Source: Klebsormidium nitens
Taxonomy: Eukaryota; Plantae; Klebsormidiophyceae
Reading direction: 5' to 3'
Assembly: GCA_000708835.1 (NCBI GenBank)
Contig: DF237067.1
Location: 62,001 to 126,000, forward strand
Length of the DNA stretch: 64,000 bases
Below the pieces are notes generated by a model. The model saw only the letters and a list, made by a program, of their open reading frames with translations, made no database searches and was not told the origin of the DNA. The translations under genes were made by a program, and so were the position numbers. Numbering within the stretch: position 1 is the stretch's first letter; every line of letters begins with the position of its first letter. Positions 12,393 through 24,400 of this stretch are shown in pieces.

Positions 12393-14084
12393 TCGTCGAG
12401 GCGCTGCAAGAAGGTCCTTGCCGCTTGCCGCGCGGATTCCGGCGTCTCGAAGACGTCATCCCAGGTGAGCTTACCCTGGATGGCGGCAAAGAACGGGCGG
12501 CTGTACAACGCCGCCGGGAGGACCGCCGGGCTAACCGATATCACCTTACCGGCCACTCTTGCCAGCAACCGGGGGGTTACCTCTGCGCACTCTGCGAGCT
12601 CGCGCAGCGCAGTGCGCAGCTTCTCCATCTTGGCGGGGGAGACCGCGAACCTTTGCCGAATTGTGTCGATGACGAAGCCGAGCCACGGCCCCTCCTGCTG
12701 GGGCCACAAGTTGCACTTGGGCAGGCTGAACACGGCGCCGAGCAGGGTGAGGGTTTTCACCACGAGGACCGTCGACCAAGCACACCTCCAAAAGTCCAGG
12801 GTCCCCGTTAGTCCGTCGTCGAGGTAGCTTGAGATTGGGATGCTCCTCAGTCGCAGCTCCTTGGCTGCTTCCTGCGTCAGCAGGGTGTAGACGAAGCAGG
12901 CTTCCGACCAGCCAAAGCACATGCCGTTGTAGTGCATGTACACATGGCCAACCTTGATGCCGAAGTACTTGCGGTAGGCTGGGTGGATGAGGAGGTGGTA
13001 GTATCCAGCCTTGAAGTCCCAGGTTGTGAAGAAGCCCCGCTCTGTGAGAAAGGTCAGCACCTCTCTCAGAGTCTCGTACTTGAACGCCTGGCGTTTGGAG
13101 AAGAGGTTGACGTACCGGGCGTTCACCACCAGCCGCCCCTTCGGCAGGTTTACCACCCCCAGCGGGTTAACCACCTTCGGTTTGCCGTCACTGGGGCCGT
13201 AAACTTCGAGCGTCCTGTTGACCACCATTTTAACCACCTCCCCAACGGCGAACTCGCTATTATCGTAGAACGACCGGTGGTTGTCGAACTCCACTGGGTG
13301 GGGGACCTGACCCGTCAGCATCGCGTCCACTTCTGCCGCCCCTACTGTTCGGGCGAGCATCGATTGGACCTGCTCCCGCTTCTTCGTGTCCGCCTCGTCC
13401 GTTCCCACGAATTGCGGCCGGACGCCGCTCCTGAGCATTTTGAGGACCCGTTTCGACGATTCCCGCTTGGAATCTTTAAGCATCTCTTCCCAAGCTGGGA
13501 GGTGCCTTTCAAAACTGCCGGCGACAAACTGGTCCGGGTCGTACGCGTGCGCCCCGACGTTCTTGAGCCAGTCTTCGATCTCCGCTTTCTGTTCCTGCGT
13601 CATCTCCTCGCCCGTTTTGGGGCCTGGCGCCAAGTCCAGAGTCTCACGCATGGCTTTGCGGAGCTGCTCCTTGTCGGGGGTGGCCGCACTCCTTACTTTA
13701 AGACCCATGAAGAACTGGTGGGAGCAATTCTGCAGTACCGTTGCGCTCCCTCTCACGAGAGGGTCCGACACCAAGTCGGGTTCACTCTCGTCCTGCTCCA
13801 TCTCCGGGGCGATCGATTCTGGACTCGGCGGTTGCGCGGGCGGCTTTGGCAGACTGGTGCCTTCCTTGTGCGCTGGGGTTTGCGGCTTATCGTCGGGCTC
13901 CGCTGGGCACGGCGCATTTCCGCCGGGGCTTGTCGTGAGAAGGGCCTCGCCCTGCCGTCCCGAGACTGTTTCGCACCGAATCCGCGGGCTAACCCGTTCG
14001 GGTGCACCCGTTCCGCCCGCCTTTTGCGGAGGTTCCGGCCGTGTGCCGGCCGTTTCGTTGGCCTTCTGGTCCGGCGAGGTTCCC
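12275..14084 (-). CDS. DIRS-type reverse transcriptase (ATG at 13801; frame open upstream to a predicted splice acceptor at 14084)
   Basis: RT motifs GRLVVNARYVN, WDFKAGYYHL, YNGMCFGW, SYLDDGL and WLGFVIDT. I translated 14084-13801 by hand: no stop codon, Pro/Ala-rich linker. Confidence 0.93.
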
Positions 14085-14852
14085 CTGGCGAGGTTCAGAA
14101 AGGTCAGCTTAGGTTGAGCCGCAGCGGCGGTCTCAGAAACGAAGAAAAACGCTGCGGAGAATCTTTTCCGCCCAGGAATAATCTCAGTTTCACTAACCCA
14201 TATTTGGGGAATTTGACCCCTAAATATACGGGGCCTGCGCGGGGCCGCTTCACACCTGTCGCAGGTTGGGGCATCTTATCGAGGTGAAAAAATCGTTCTG
14301 GCGCCCCGGGTTAGTAATCTGCGTCGCTTAACGAGAAGTTAACCAGTGGGTTAAGCGAGTTTGGCGAGCGTATTTACACCGCGTTTCGCGGTTCCGCTCC
14401 GCGGTAGAACGTCTGCTCCGCGCGCGCGTCGATCAAAAGGAGAGTTCATAGCTGCATCCTTACTAGTTGGGTGCAACATAAAGATCAGTATCCACGTTCA
14501 TGTCATACAAAGTCCATCCGAATGCAGACGCAAGCCGGGCCTCGCTCCGCCTTGCAGGAAGGTGAGCTTCTTACTGAGTGCATTCATTTGCACGTGCCGG
14601 CGCCATAAGGATGAAAGAGGGGCCGATTGAAGAGCCCTTCATTGGGCCTGTGAGACTGACGGACTGCCATGAGACATAACGTCAATGGCGTTCGACAAGA
14701 AAACAGGGGAGAACCATACTAATCAGAATATCAGCCTTTCCACTCGACTTGTTCCGGTCCGTCTACAGTCTTCCTGCCTTTCGTCTCACGTTCGATCCTA
14801 GGATGTTCTGACTATTTTCTTCTTGTGTCTCTACGTCTTCTTGTAGGTCTTC

Positions 14853-16377
14853 TTACCTACGGCCTGATCTATTTGCCGGAGCGCGATTGTCGCGATCTCC
14901 TCTATCATCGCGCTCGCGATCCTCAGGGCCTCGCTTGCCCCCCCAACCGGAGCCTTTGCCGGCGCCGCCGGGTCCGTTCCTGTTAATCGGAGAAGAACGG
15001 ATCAGCGAATCAGGCCGCTTCGGGGCCGCTTATCTGGTGTCAAAGTGAGGCATTTTTTGCCTGGCCACTGTCAGCCCTCTCCGGTCCACGTTCGTGCGGA
15101 GATTGGCCTTAAGGCCACCCATTGCGGGCTTTGGTCCGTTCGGACGTCACGCCCTTTTATGGGCCGCTTAATTTTCAACTCAGACAATCTATTGCCCTGC
15201 TAAACGTCTAACCGACAGCATCAGCACTTCCGCCATTCGCTCTGGCAGGGGCATGACGGCCAACTTACTTGCCTTATCCGTTCCTTCTCGCACTTCACAA
15301 TTAGATCGAGTTTGCGCAGCATCGAAGTGGCATCCGACCAACCCGCTCGCACTCGACAGGCTTCCTCCAGGCCCTTTCTTATGCCAGCACATTTCGAAAT
15401 CTTCTCAAAGGCTGGGTCGTCGGACATTCTCACCTTCCAAAGTTGTTTCCGCCACCTCCTGCGCCGCGCACGACATTAGGGCGTGCGTGTCCTTCTCCCA
15501 CTTGCTCTGCCGCTTCTTTGCGGTACTCCTCGTAAGTCTTTTTGATCTTCTTCTCCAGGTCGCGCACAGTCTCCGCCGACCACGCACTGCTGTCCCCGGC
15601 TTCTTCTAGTGCCAACTTCATGTCTGACACGAATCCGTCCGCTAGGTATTCCAGGTCGAGCGAAACGAAGTTGATCTGATTCGCGTAGAAGTAAACTGCT
15701 GCCATTAGATGGGCCACCTTTGGGTCAGGTTCCTTATAGATCTCAAACAGCTGCTCAAGCTTGGTGTGCCACGCAGGCGAATCGCGTGGGATTTTCCTGA
15801 GTGCCGCCTCCATGTGGGAGATCAGGGAGCCCTTTTGCACAAATTCTTTAAAGGCTCTCTCTAAGCGGGCTGCTCCCCCTGCCAAGTCAGCTTCTCGCAT
15901 GAACCCAGGGGTTAGCGCGTTGATCACTGCAGCTCCCGGCGTAACAGCAGGAGGGTCAGGGATTCTGACCCTTCTTGCTGGCTGCTGTTCTGGAATCTGC
16001 TGCCCCTGAGGCGGCTGCTGAGCCTGGTCTGCATGCCCCATCTGACCCAAGGGCGCCCCGGGCGGAGCCCCCGGGATGGCCACCTCAAAAATATCATGCC
16101 TCAGCCCAAATTCACTGAGCCTGGTAAGCAGCGTGTCCTGGGGGTACCTGGTACCTATGCCAATACTGAGCTCCGACTTGTCAACCAGTCTGTGCAAAAG
16201 CTCACCCCTTGCGTCTTCTAGCCAGAACTTCCCCGAGGCGTGATCCACATCTATTACCCTAGCCCAGAGCTTTCTCCCCGAGCCGGGCAATTCATGCAGC
16301 AAGTACTCTCCGATCAACCCTTGCGGTCCTGCTAAGTGTATGAGGGCAGCCAGCTGAGGCTCCATGCCCTGCGCCAT
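14853..16377 (-). CDS. ORF1 (Gag-like) of the retrotransposon; predicted exons 16377-15434 and 14979-14853, 356 aa
   Basis: A 315-aa ORF at the 5' end of the element ends at GGAAG|GTGAGA. Splicing to CTGAT...TTCTTCTCCGATTAACAG|G continues in frame as NGPGGAGKGSGWGGKRGPEDRERDDRGDRDNRAPANRSGRR*. The Gag role is inferred from position. Confidence 0.7.
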
Positions 16378-16456
16378 CTCTATGCGTCTCTGGGCCGTTT
16401 CTCACTGCCTTTGTACGGGGGAGACCCCTTCAGTGTGAACACCCCCAAACGTACAA

Positions 16457-16763
16457 TCGTCCCTTGAGGGCGCCTCGCCAGGCGCCTTCTCCTGCTTCTT
16501 GAACAAAACACACCTTGAATTGAGAGTCTAACGCCAAGAGTTGTATGACGACTTCTAAGCTAGTTGACGCTTCAGCGCCAGGGTTTTAGAGGTTTAACAG
16601 CCGTCGGCCGAGCGGCCGGCAGATTGCGCACGCGCGCGCCCAGTTTTCCCCCGGTCGGTCGAGGACGGCGGCTAGCACAGCTTATGCCACACAAGAGCAT
16701 TCCCGGTCCCCAAATCACTCTAGGACCTGAAACTATCGTGGGGAAGGCAAGCATTCCGCTGCC
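16457..16763. repeat. Split direct repeat A, terminal copy (307 bp)
   Basis: Matches 9768-10095 apart from a 21-nt indel and one substitution. Confidence 0.97.
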
Positions 16764-16966
16764 CGGGCGTTCCGGCGCGCGCGGCTAGCGCGGCTAGGCT
16801 AGGCTGACGGTCGCGACTTGGCCGAGTCCGGGCATGCATGCAGGAGGATGCATGCAGCATTCAACTTCAAGTTCGAGCATTCGGAAAGACGCTTTCTAGC
16901 TTTCCTGATAGTAACATTGTAACAAAGTTGTGAGCAGCTGATCGGCAACGCCATTGCCCAGTCCTT

Positions 16967-19563
16967 ATGACGGTGGCCTCTTCGAAAGCATCCGTCCAGG
17001 CTGACTTTGCATCTACCAAGCGCAGGTCGGCTCGCTTACAATGCCGCCGCTCAGAGACAGGCCACGCGGCCACAAGACACCCGGTTCCAGGCACTCAAGT
17101 CAAAATGCACGTCGTGAAGAAACGTATTTCCAGCAAAGTTGTGATCAAAAGTGCAAAGAGGAGCATTTCGGTCCAGGTTGAGTTAAAGCGCACCAGGGTT
17201 TCTGCTGGTTCCAAGAAGAGGCGAAACGATGACTCTTCGAACAAGGTGAATGCAAGTAAAGATGCACTTGCCCAGCCTGCAACTGTGGTTAGCCCAGCCC
17301 TTCTGCCTCAGTCCTGGTACCGCAGGGATTCCCTGGAGGTGGCGCCGGCCTTGCTGGGCAAGATCCTGCGCAAGGACGGCATCGAGCTGCGCATCACCGA
17401 GGTGGGCACCTCTGCAGCCTTTCTGCAGCCTGTCAAGAGGCAAGGGCCCCACCCGCCTACCACCTGTCATCGCTATCTCTTTGCGCTTGCTAAACGCCAG
17501 CTAAATCACTGATTGCACAAGTTAATGATGCAGTGATAGAGGTCAAACCAGCTGGGTCATGCTGGTGTGCAGGTGGAAGCATACCGAGAAGGGGATTCAG
17601 CCTGCCATGCCAGAGTGGGCATCACTCCCCGCACGGCTCCGCTGGTGAGACGTCAGCTTGTTCAGCCATGAATTGGTCCGTCCTCCTTCCAGCTGTGGAG
17701 AAGGCTCACTTTGTCACACAGGCAGTGCTTGTGATGGGACATGACAACGTGTGTGAAAAGGAAGCTTTGCCTGTAGTGCTCAAGTGGGCGCCACCATACG
17801 CTTTCAGCTTGTAGTGGTTGACAGATCGAAATTGGGTCTTGAGCGCATGTCGATTACGCTGAGCGCATCTGAGCAATATTTGAAGAAGGAGGAAACACTA
17901 TTCTTGACATGTACAAGTCTTCGGCTGGCTGGTATTGTCATCGAATTGATACTAGGATCTTGATTGTCTTTTAGCGTGCACAGAGTATCATTGAGAGTGT
18001 TTGGGCATATCTATTCTGGAACCTACAAAGACAAGTTTCCCGTCAGCCCACTGTTTTTTGGACCGCATTCCCCGCCTGTTGTGCAGTTTGGTCCTGCTGG
18101 GCGGTGCTACGTGTACCTGTGCTATGGGATCCACTCCATGCTGAACGTTGTGACCAACGAGGAGCAGCAGGGAGCGGCCGTGCTCATCCGATCAGCGGAA
18201 CCAGTCAAAGGTACGGCCCCATGACTTATCGGCAATGACCCCTTGAATCTCCGCGAGCTGGGGACACTGCAAGTGAAGGCACCAGTCACCCGAAGGCGAT
18301 GGTCCATCAGTTGAGAATTGTAAGATGCGAAGGCCTTCGTACATATATGTTTGTGTAAGATCAAACATCTTGGTATGATTCAAAAGGACGGGCTCTAATC
18401 CATAAGTATTCAAAGACTCAACCGCTTTGGTTTTCTTAACAGCTGACATCTTTTCAGTCTCGCATTTCTAGTATAAATCATATATGATCGATCCTCTTTC
18501 GCAGGCTTATCGCAAATCCAGGCAAACCGCAAGATGGTCTCCGACAAGCCCATTTTGCTGACGGGGCCCGGCAAGGTGCGTCTATCTAGGCCCTCGTGCT
18601 TGCACTCGCTTGTTTTTGCCTCGGTTCCCAAAGCCGTGATGAAGCCGACGAAGTGGGTGCTTTTAATGAAGCCGACAGCACACAGGAGCAGGCAGTCTCG
18701 TCCCATTGTGGGCTGCTACGTCATTCAATTTTGGAGATTGAATATGCTGCGGTTTAAGTCGCAGCCCATTCATGCAGGTGGCTGCCGCGCTTGGACTGAC
18801 TGTCAACTGGACCGGGCATCCCGTCTACGAGCCAGGTAAACATCAACTATGAATGGAAAACGAGCTTCAAAAGATGACATTGTCAGAAAATCTCACTGTT
18901 GGAAATACAGATTTTGCTGCTACTTTTTCAAGACACGCCCAGATTTGCATATCCGACAACCGATGCTTCTCTTCTTTGTTTAGATGTTCCTGAAAACCAT
19001 TCTGGGTTGAATTGGAGTCAAGATTCATGAGTATTGCAGTTTCAGTCACTACAAAATGTTCTTCACAACTTACAGTATGCTCCCAAAGGGTGTCTGGAAT
19101 GTGCACACGTCACCACTGAGAAATTAAAGCAGTTTCTTGTTCGTGTTCTGGTCAAGGCTTGCCGAGAAAAGACGAAAGACTGAGTCTCAAAGTGGAGACA
19201 CAACCAAGACGAGAACGCTTGTCGACCACGACTACGGCTCAGTTGCTCGCCCGTGCCCGAGACGACTGCTGAAAACCTGGTTGTGTGCGGATAATTGGCC
19301 TTGGACCAAACGTTTGCGGATGTCAGGCTGGGCTTGAGCATTTCCGGATACGGACAAGCTCCCTCGTGTAACGTCCAGAATGTCTGTCTGCAGGGGGGCT
19401 GGAGATCGTGGATGGTCCACCGCCCACATCCATCCTGCATGGACCACGGGTGGGTATAGATTACGCAGCCCCCAACGACATTGCTGCCCTCTGGCGATTT
19501 GCAGCCGGTGATACGCCGTGGGTCAGTCAACGGAAGACATTGACGACGAGTCAACTGGCATGA
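16967..19563 (+). CDS. MPG: 3-methyladenine DNA glycosylase (MPG/AAG family), multi-exon
   Basis: Exons give [15 protein letters not shown]...LRITE|[23 protein letters not shown]|[23 protein letters not shown]...[11 protein letters not shown]|...LLTGPGK|VAAALGL...|GGLEIVDG...GPRVGIDYA...WRFA, with GT-AG boundaries; stop TGA at 19561-19563. Confidence 0.93.
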
Positions 19564-21441
19564 CCCTCCGACCCTGCATAAAAGATAAGATCATGGGGCA
19601 TTTTCTTGACTGTACTGCACGCAAGAAGTTTTGTATTATAATGTAATTGACCAAGTATTAGCTTCTGTAAGAATCGTTGGCAATCGATCCTACTCAGTTC
19701 GTACCGTCCGGTGCATGCCATCCTATGCCGTGATCGTTCTGATCTTTGCAGTTTATGATCCTATCATCTGACCCTATGTTTGGGCAATATGGCTTCTTGG
19801 CCGGCAAAATCGAGCAGTTACTCTAGCAGCAGTCATGCATGTGCGGCCTCATATACAACGGTAGTACAATCCTAACATGTTTTGCATTGCAGTCGTGGTG
19901 GATTCGCATGCAAGGATCATGTTACATCCGGATCCACCTCCGGGGGCCCATGGATCCACAATTGGTAAATCCATTTTCCCGATTCAATGGATCGAGCGAA
20001 CGTGCATCTAGCTGCGCGCTTTGTGGGCGTTGCATGTACGGTTCCATGGGTTACCGCGAGCTAGCTGCTAGACCGACTTGACAGCTCTGATTGAATTGAG
20101 GGTCCATGCCTATAGTGACCACGTCCTTTGTTCAGCCCGAAATGGCGACTGAAGCGCCCGATTAGGTATACTCAATGACAAGATAGGATCCCACGATTCC
20201 CCTTTCTTTGACAATCCGATTTCGAGCGATTGAGACAAAATCTTGGCTGCTGCTATAAGGCTATGACTCGGAGTGTCGAATTTGCATGAATCGTTTGCCG
20301 AAACTTAGATAAGACCCACCGTACATCAATCCGCGCTCCGTTTCTTCGAGCTGGTCGAGGGCACTAAAGAGCTTTTTGGAAGACACACCTCGCGAACTAA
20401 TCAATACAGCATGCCCAATGAAAACGTGCACGATCGTTGAAGCACAAAGTTGCTCGAGAATCTTATAGCTGGCCGCCAATATGCATATAAATGCACATTG
20501 AGGACTAAAATCCGAGTCCGCAATACCTATGTTTATACGGTGACCATTTCCGAATGCAAGTCAAAGGCTTGTAACTGAGAGCGGATCGACCGAATAATGG
20601 AACGGAGGCCTTCATCATGGTTTTATGGAGGGAACCGATTGCAAATTATCAAATTACCCACTATCTTGTAGCTTGACTCGACCTAGCCGGCGGTGTACAA
20701 GTAACAAAAGTGCCACCCGATCCTTGAAAAGGTGAAATTGCGTCGAAAGAAGACACGCCAAAAAGTACAGACGTTGGTAATACCCCGAAATACTTGTCCA
20801 ACGTCGACGTTCCAAACTTCAAAATCATTGAATAAAGCTCGGCAGTGTGTTCAATGCGCAGCGGTGCGCTGTTCGTTCGTTACTACGAGCGTTGCCTCGA
20901 CCAATCTGACGTCGCCACAGGGACGGTACAATGAGTGCCAAGTGTATGCCAATTGTTTCTAAGTTGACGCCGGCCTCCGGCGGCTCGAAAGCCTGCTGAC
21001 ATGGCGAGCCTGTTGCAGCCAACTGCCAAAAAGTGCAGCGCCCAGCTAACCTCAGCTTGACACGTCAGCGCTTAGTCTGAGCTTCATTGCGAGCCCGCTG
21101 GCGCGGTGGCGGCGCAGGAAAATGGTCGCCTGCATGCAACACCTGGACTCGGAGCTAGACGGCAGTGGTTCGTATCCACATTGTTGAACGTTCCGCCCAT
21201 TCAGCGACCTAGATAGATTCCTACAGCCCAGGGAGCAGGCTTCCAGCCTTACATATGAACGGAGGTCTTTCGAGGCCGCTTTCTAGTTTACTAGGTACTA
21301 CAGCCTGCAGGAGCGCCTGATTGATCGCTGTGTATTCTGAAGGGTCAATTCCGGGCTTTGCTTAATCTCGCACTGGCTGCTCTGAAGGCGGCTCTGATCA
21401 GCGTGTATCAATAAGCAGGCGAGCTTTTTGTGAAATTAACC

Positions 21442-24400
21442 ATGGCGGCGGGTGCTGTGATGTTAAAAGCGGGGGTGGTGGCAGGGCCGGCATTGCACTA
21501 TGAGCGGGGCTCGAGCGCGTCGCAGATCAGCCCACGGTTTGAGATGCAAGGTACACTGCAAGACTTGCATGGGATGCGAGACCTTTTTAAAGTTTGTCCT
21601 GTCATATGCCAGCCCTGACTATCTTTTCTAGCCAATTGGACAAAAAGCTAGTTGTCTATGTAAAAGATGGCACCTGCTTCGTTCATTATTGGTTTTCCCG
21701 ATTACAGCTTTTGTCTGCTCTTCTCGCCTCCCTTGGTCAGCTATCAACAACTGCACTCTGCTCATTGCATGAAGCCAATGAATCGCCTGGTCCCCTTACC
21801 TGCTTAACCTTATGCATGGTGGTAGTAAATCAAGATTGTGGTCACGTTGACTTTGCGTGCGTCTGGCTCTATTTAGAGTAGGACAAAAACGGAGAACATT
21901 ATTGGGAACCGTTGAGGTCACGTGTCAAAAAGGGCGGAATGCTGTATACTTCTGAAGCCCATTCTCTGAATACAAGTGTTTTTCAGAGGCTTTTTAACTG
22001 CAACACTTCAGCCTGAAGCTCCATTCTCTATCCTAATCTGCGCAGGTTTCCATCTTGCTCCAGCCACTTTCACCCGCACGTCTGTGAAACACAGAGTGGC
22101 TCCTCACAGGCCTGCCATTCGCGCCCAGGTGAGCCGTTGATTGGTCTGCGAAAGGCTAATCACAGGATGCTTATCCTTGCATGGCTGCCTATAATGTTAT
22201 TTGCATGTAAGAGTTGTGAAGCTGCTGCGGAGCGCAATCAAGGGGTCATCTCTGTAGCTCTCTCTAAGCCACTTCTGATTGCAGGCAAACTCCCGTGATG
22301 CGTCTAGCCCAGGATCCAGCCCTCCCGGAGAGATCAAACAGACGGTACAAAGAGAAGTGGGCGTGTCTGCCGGCAAGGTAATAGGATGCCACAAACCGAG
22401 TTACCTTCCTGTGTAAGAAAGAAGGGCCATCATAGTACTTCAGGGTGGGACCTTCTAGGGTGGTAGCTGCTAGGAGAACTTGGAAAACAAACGTGTTGAC
22501 TCTCTATTCTATCATTGGGGCGGTTAGTGGTTGGTCACTCGCATTGAAAAACGTGCATCTTTTTTTCAGCTTAGTTTTTTGAACCAATTTGTCTGTGCTG
22601 GGCAGTTCGCCAGTCTTGAAATTACTTGACCTATGCCAAGCCTTTGCCCCTCTCTTTGCTGCAGGGCTCCCCCGGTTCGTCGGGCCCCCCCAATGACAGC
22701 CCCGTGTCTTCCAGCAGCAAGCATGCTAAAGTCGCCAAACAGCTCCATGACGAGGATCCGAACTCGTTTGAGGCCCGTGTGCTGAATTCTTCCACTGGGA
22801 AGGACTCTGTTTCTGACTCGGGCAAGCACTGGCAGCAAGCGTCAGCGGCGGGTGTTCCCAGTGCGGTCGACAAGCTGGCTGGGCAATTTGAGCAAAGGCA
22901 GGCAAAGAAGGTGCAGGAGGTGTCAAAGGCGGTGCAGGGCACCATGTCGTATGCTGCAGTTGCACAGAACCTGAGGCATGAGGGACCTAAGGTGGGATGG
23001 CTCGTCTGGGCTCTTGGATTGAAGATTTGTCTGGGTTTGAAAGTGAAACGAGTGTCGAAAGGAATCAGGCTCAGAGGATCCTATGAACTTCAACAAACTT
23101 CGTCACGTTTCTTCTTCAGGAGTTAAAAAAGTATGTTCGGAGTCTGATTTTGCTCTTAAGCAAGCGTTGACTGTTCATCGTTTCTTACACAATTGGGTCC
23201 GTAGCCTCTCAGCTCCTTCGGCTTCCCTGGTCACTTACAGGCTTCTTCTGACTGAGAGTCGGGGTATTGGGGGTTTAGTGGTGCTCAAACTAGTGCGCCA
23301 GCTTAGTTCGTCGTTTTTCTGTTGATCAGGAAACCCGTTTCGCTCCTTCTGCTTGCACTTTAAATTGGACTGCATTGGTTGAAAAATTACCTTCGCCTGG
23401 TCGCCCAGATCTTAGCTTCTTCTCATTTGACATGAGAAACATTTTATAGCAGTACGAACTTGAAAGCGACAGTATCCTTTGCGTATACAAATTTTCCCAA
23501 TCGGTCAATTGAGCAGTGGCAATGGGCTTCGTGACAATTTTTGTGCTTCTCACGGCCTACGTCTTGTCTTTACAGCCGGGCCCCATCCGGAGCGAGGTGC
23601 TCGACCGTGCAGCCCCCAAGCAGCAGGTACGATCGTTGGTTCTGGCGCATCTGGAGCCACCTGATGAATGAGCAAAATCGTTTTCGTGGACACAGTTGAA
23701 TGAACACTCGAAGAAATATCTCCCCTTGCCTCGTCCAAGTCTCTGTTTGTGGGTTCTACTGATGACTACATTTGGACGATTGTCTCTAAGATGCTGACAC
23801 GCTCTTGCATCCGCTGTCAGGACCGTACCGAGGAGCGTCCCCAGTCTGACGAGCGGCCATTCAAAGAGGTGAGCTCCTCTGTCGCACTTCGTGATTCGCC
23901 CACCGTTATTTATAGCGCACCCACAATTGCGCGAACTCTGGAACCGTGTTTATAGATAGTTGCAGGCTGGCTCCCGCAACCCCCAGCCCCCCGCCAGCCC
24001 GTATTGAACGCGGCGATTCAAAAGTTGTCCGCCCGTGTGTCGACTCAGACTCGCCGTATTTCTCTCATTCGTAAAATTGCTCTCTTGTGAGTCGCCTCGG
24101 TTCATCGCTGACGTCGGCTGTGCCTTTTTGCAGCCGCGTCAGGAAAGCACGCTGAACCTCGACTCCCAAACTGCCAGGAAGCTCAACCTCAAGTCCCTAG
24201 CCGCTAGTAAGTCATCAGTTCTTGCTTGGCAGCTTTACTTTCTCAGCCTTCTACTGGACAAAGCTCGCACCCCTTCGCGAGTGGCGTTACTGCTGCGACT
24301 TGACTTTAACTTCCACATACGTCTGATGAACCCTTGGTTTGCCGTGTTTCTTGCTTCACACATTAACGATTCAACGATTCAACGAAGCCGAGTTTTTTGC

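Larger units (their letters stand above)
9032..16763 (-). mobile_element. Full-length tyrosine-recombinase (DIRS order, PAT/kangaroo-like) retrotransposon with split direct repeats, 7732 bp
   Basis: On the RT-sense (minus) strand the repeats read A(16763-16457)...ORF1, RT, RNase H/MT...B(10229-10093) A(10095-9768)...B(9168-9032), which is the PAT-type A...BA..B layout. The YR gene is on the opposite strand to RT, as in Volvox kangaroo. There is no target-site duplication. Both ends and the internal junction share the trinucleotide GCC. Confidence 0.95.

Noticed and set aside
12932-14287. 451-aa plus-strand ORF (also 11431-12468, 345 aa, and 13386-14117)
   Set aside because: These are antisense shadows of the GC-rich RT/RNase H frames with no recognisable motifs.
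14324-14358. 9-bp stem hairpin (TCGCTTAAC...GTTAAGCGA) as a tRNA or ncRNA
   Set aside because: No cloverleaf or T-loop. A single stem of this size can arise by chance, though it lies in the element's predicted intron 2.
9768-16763. The ~300-bp direct repeats read as LTRs of a Gypsy/Copia element
   Set aside because: There are no TG...CA ends, TSD, protease or DDE integrase. A YR gene and a second repeat pair give a split-direct-repeat layout instead.
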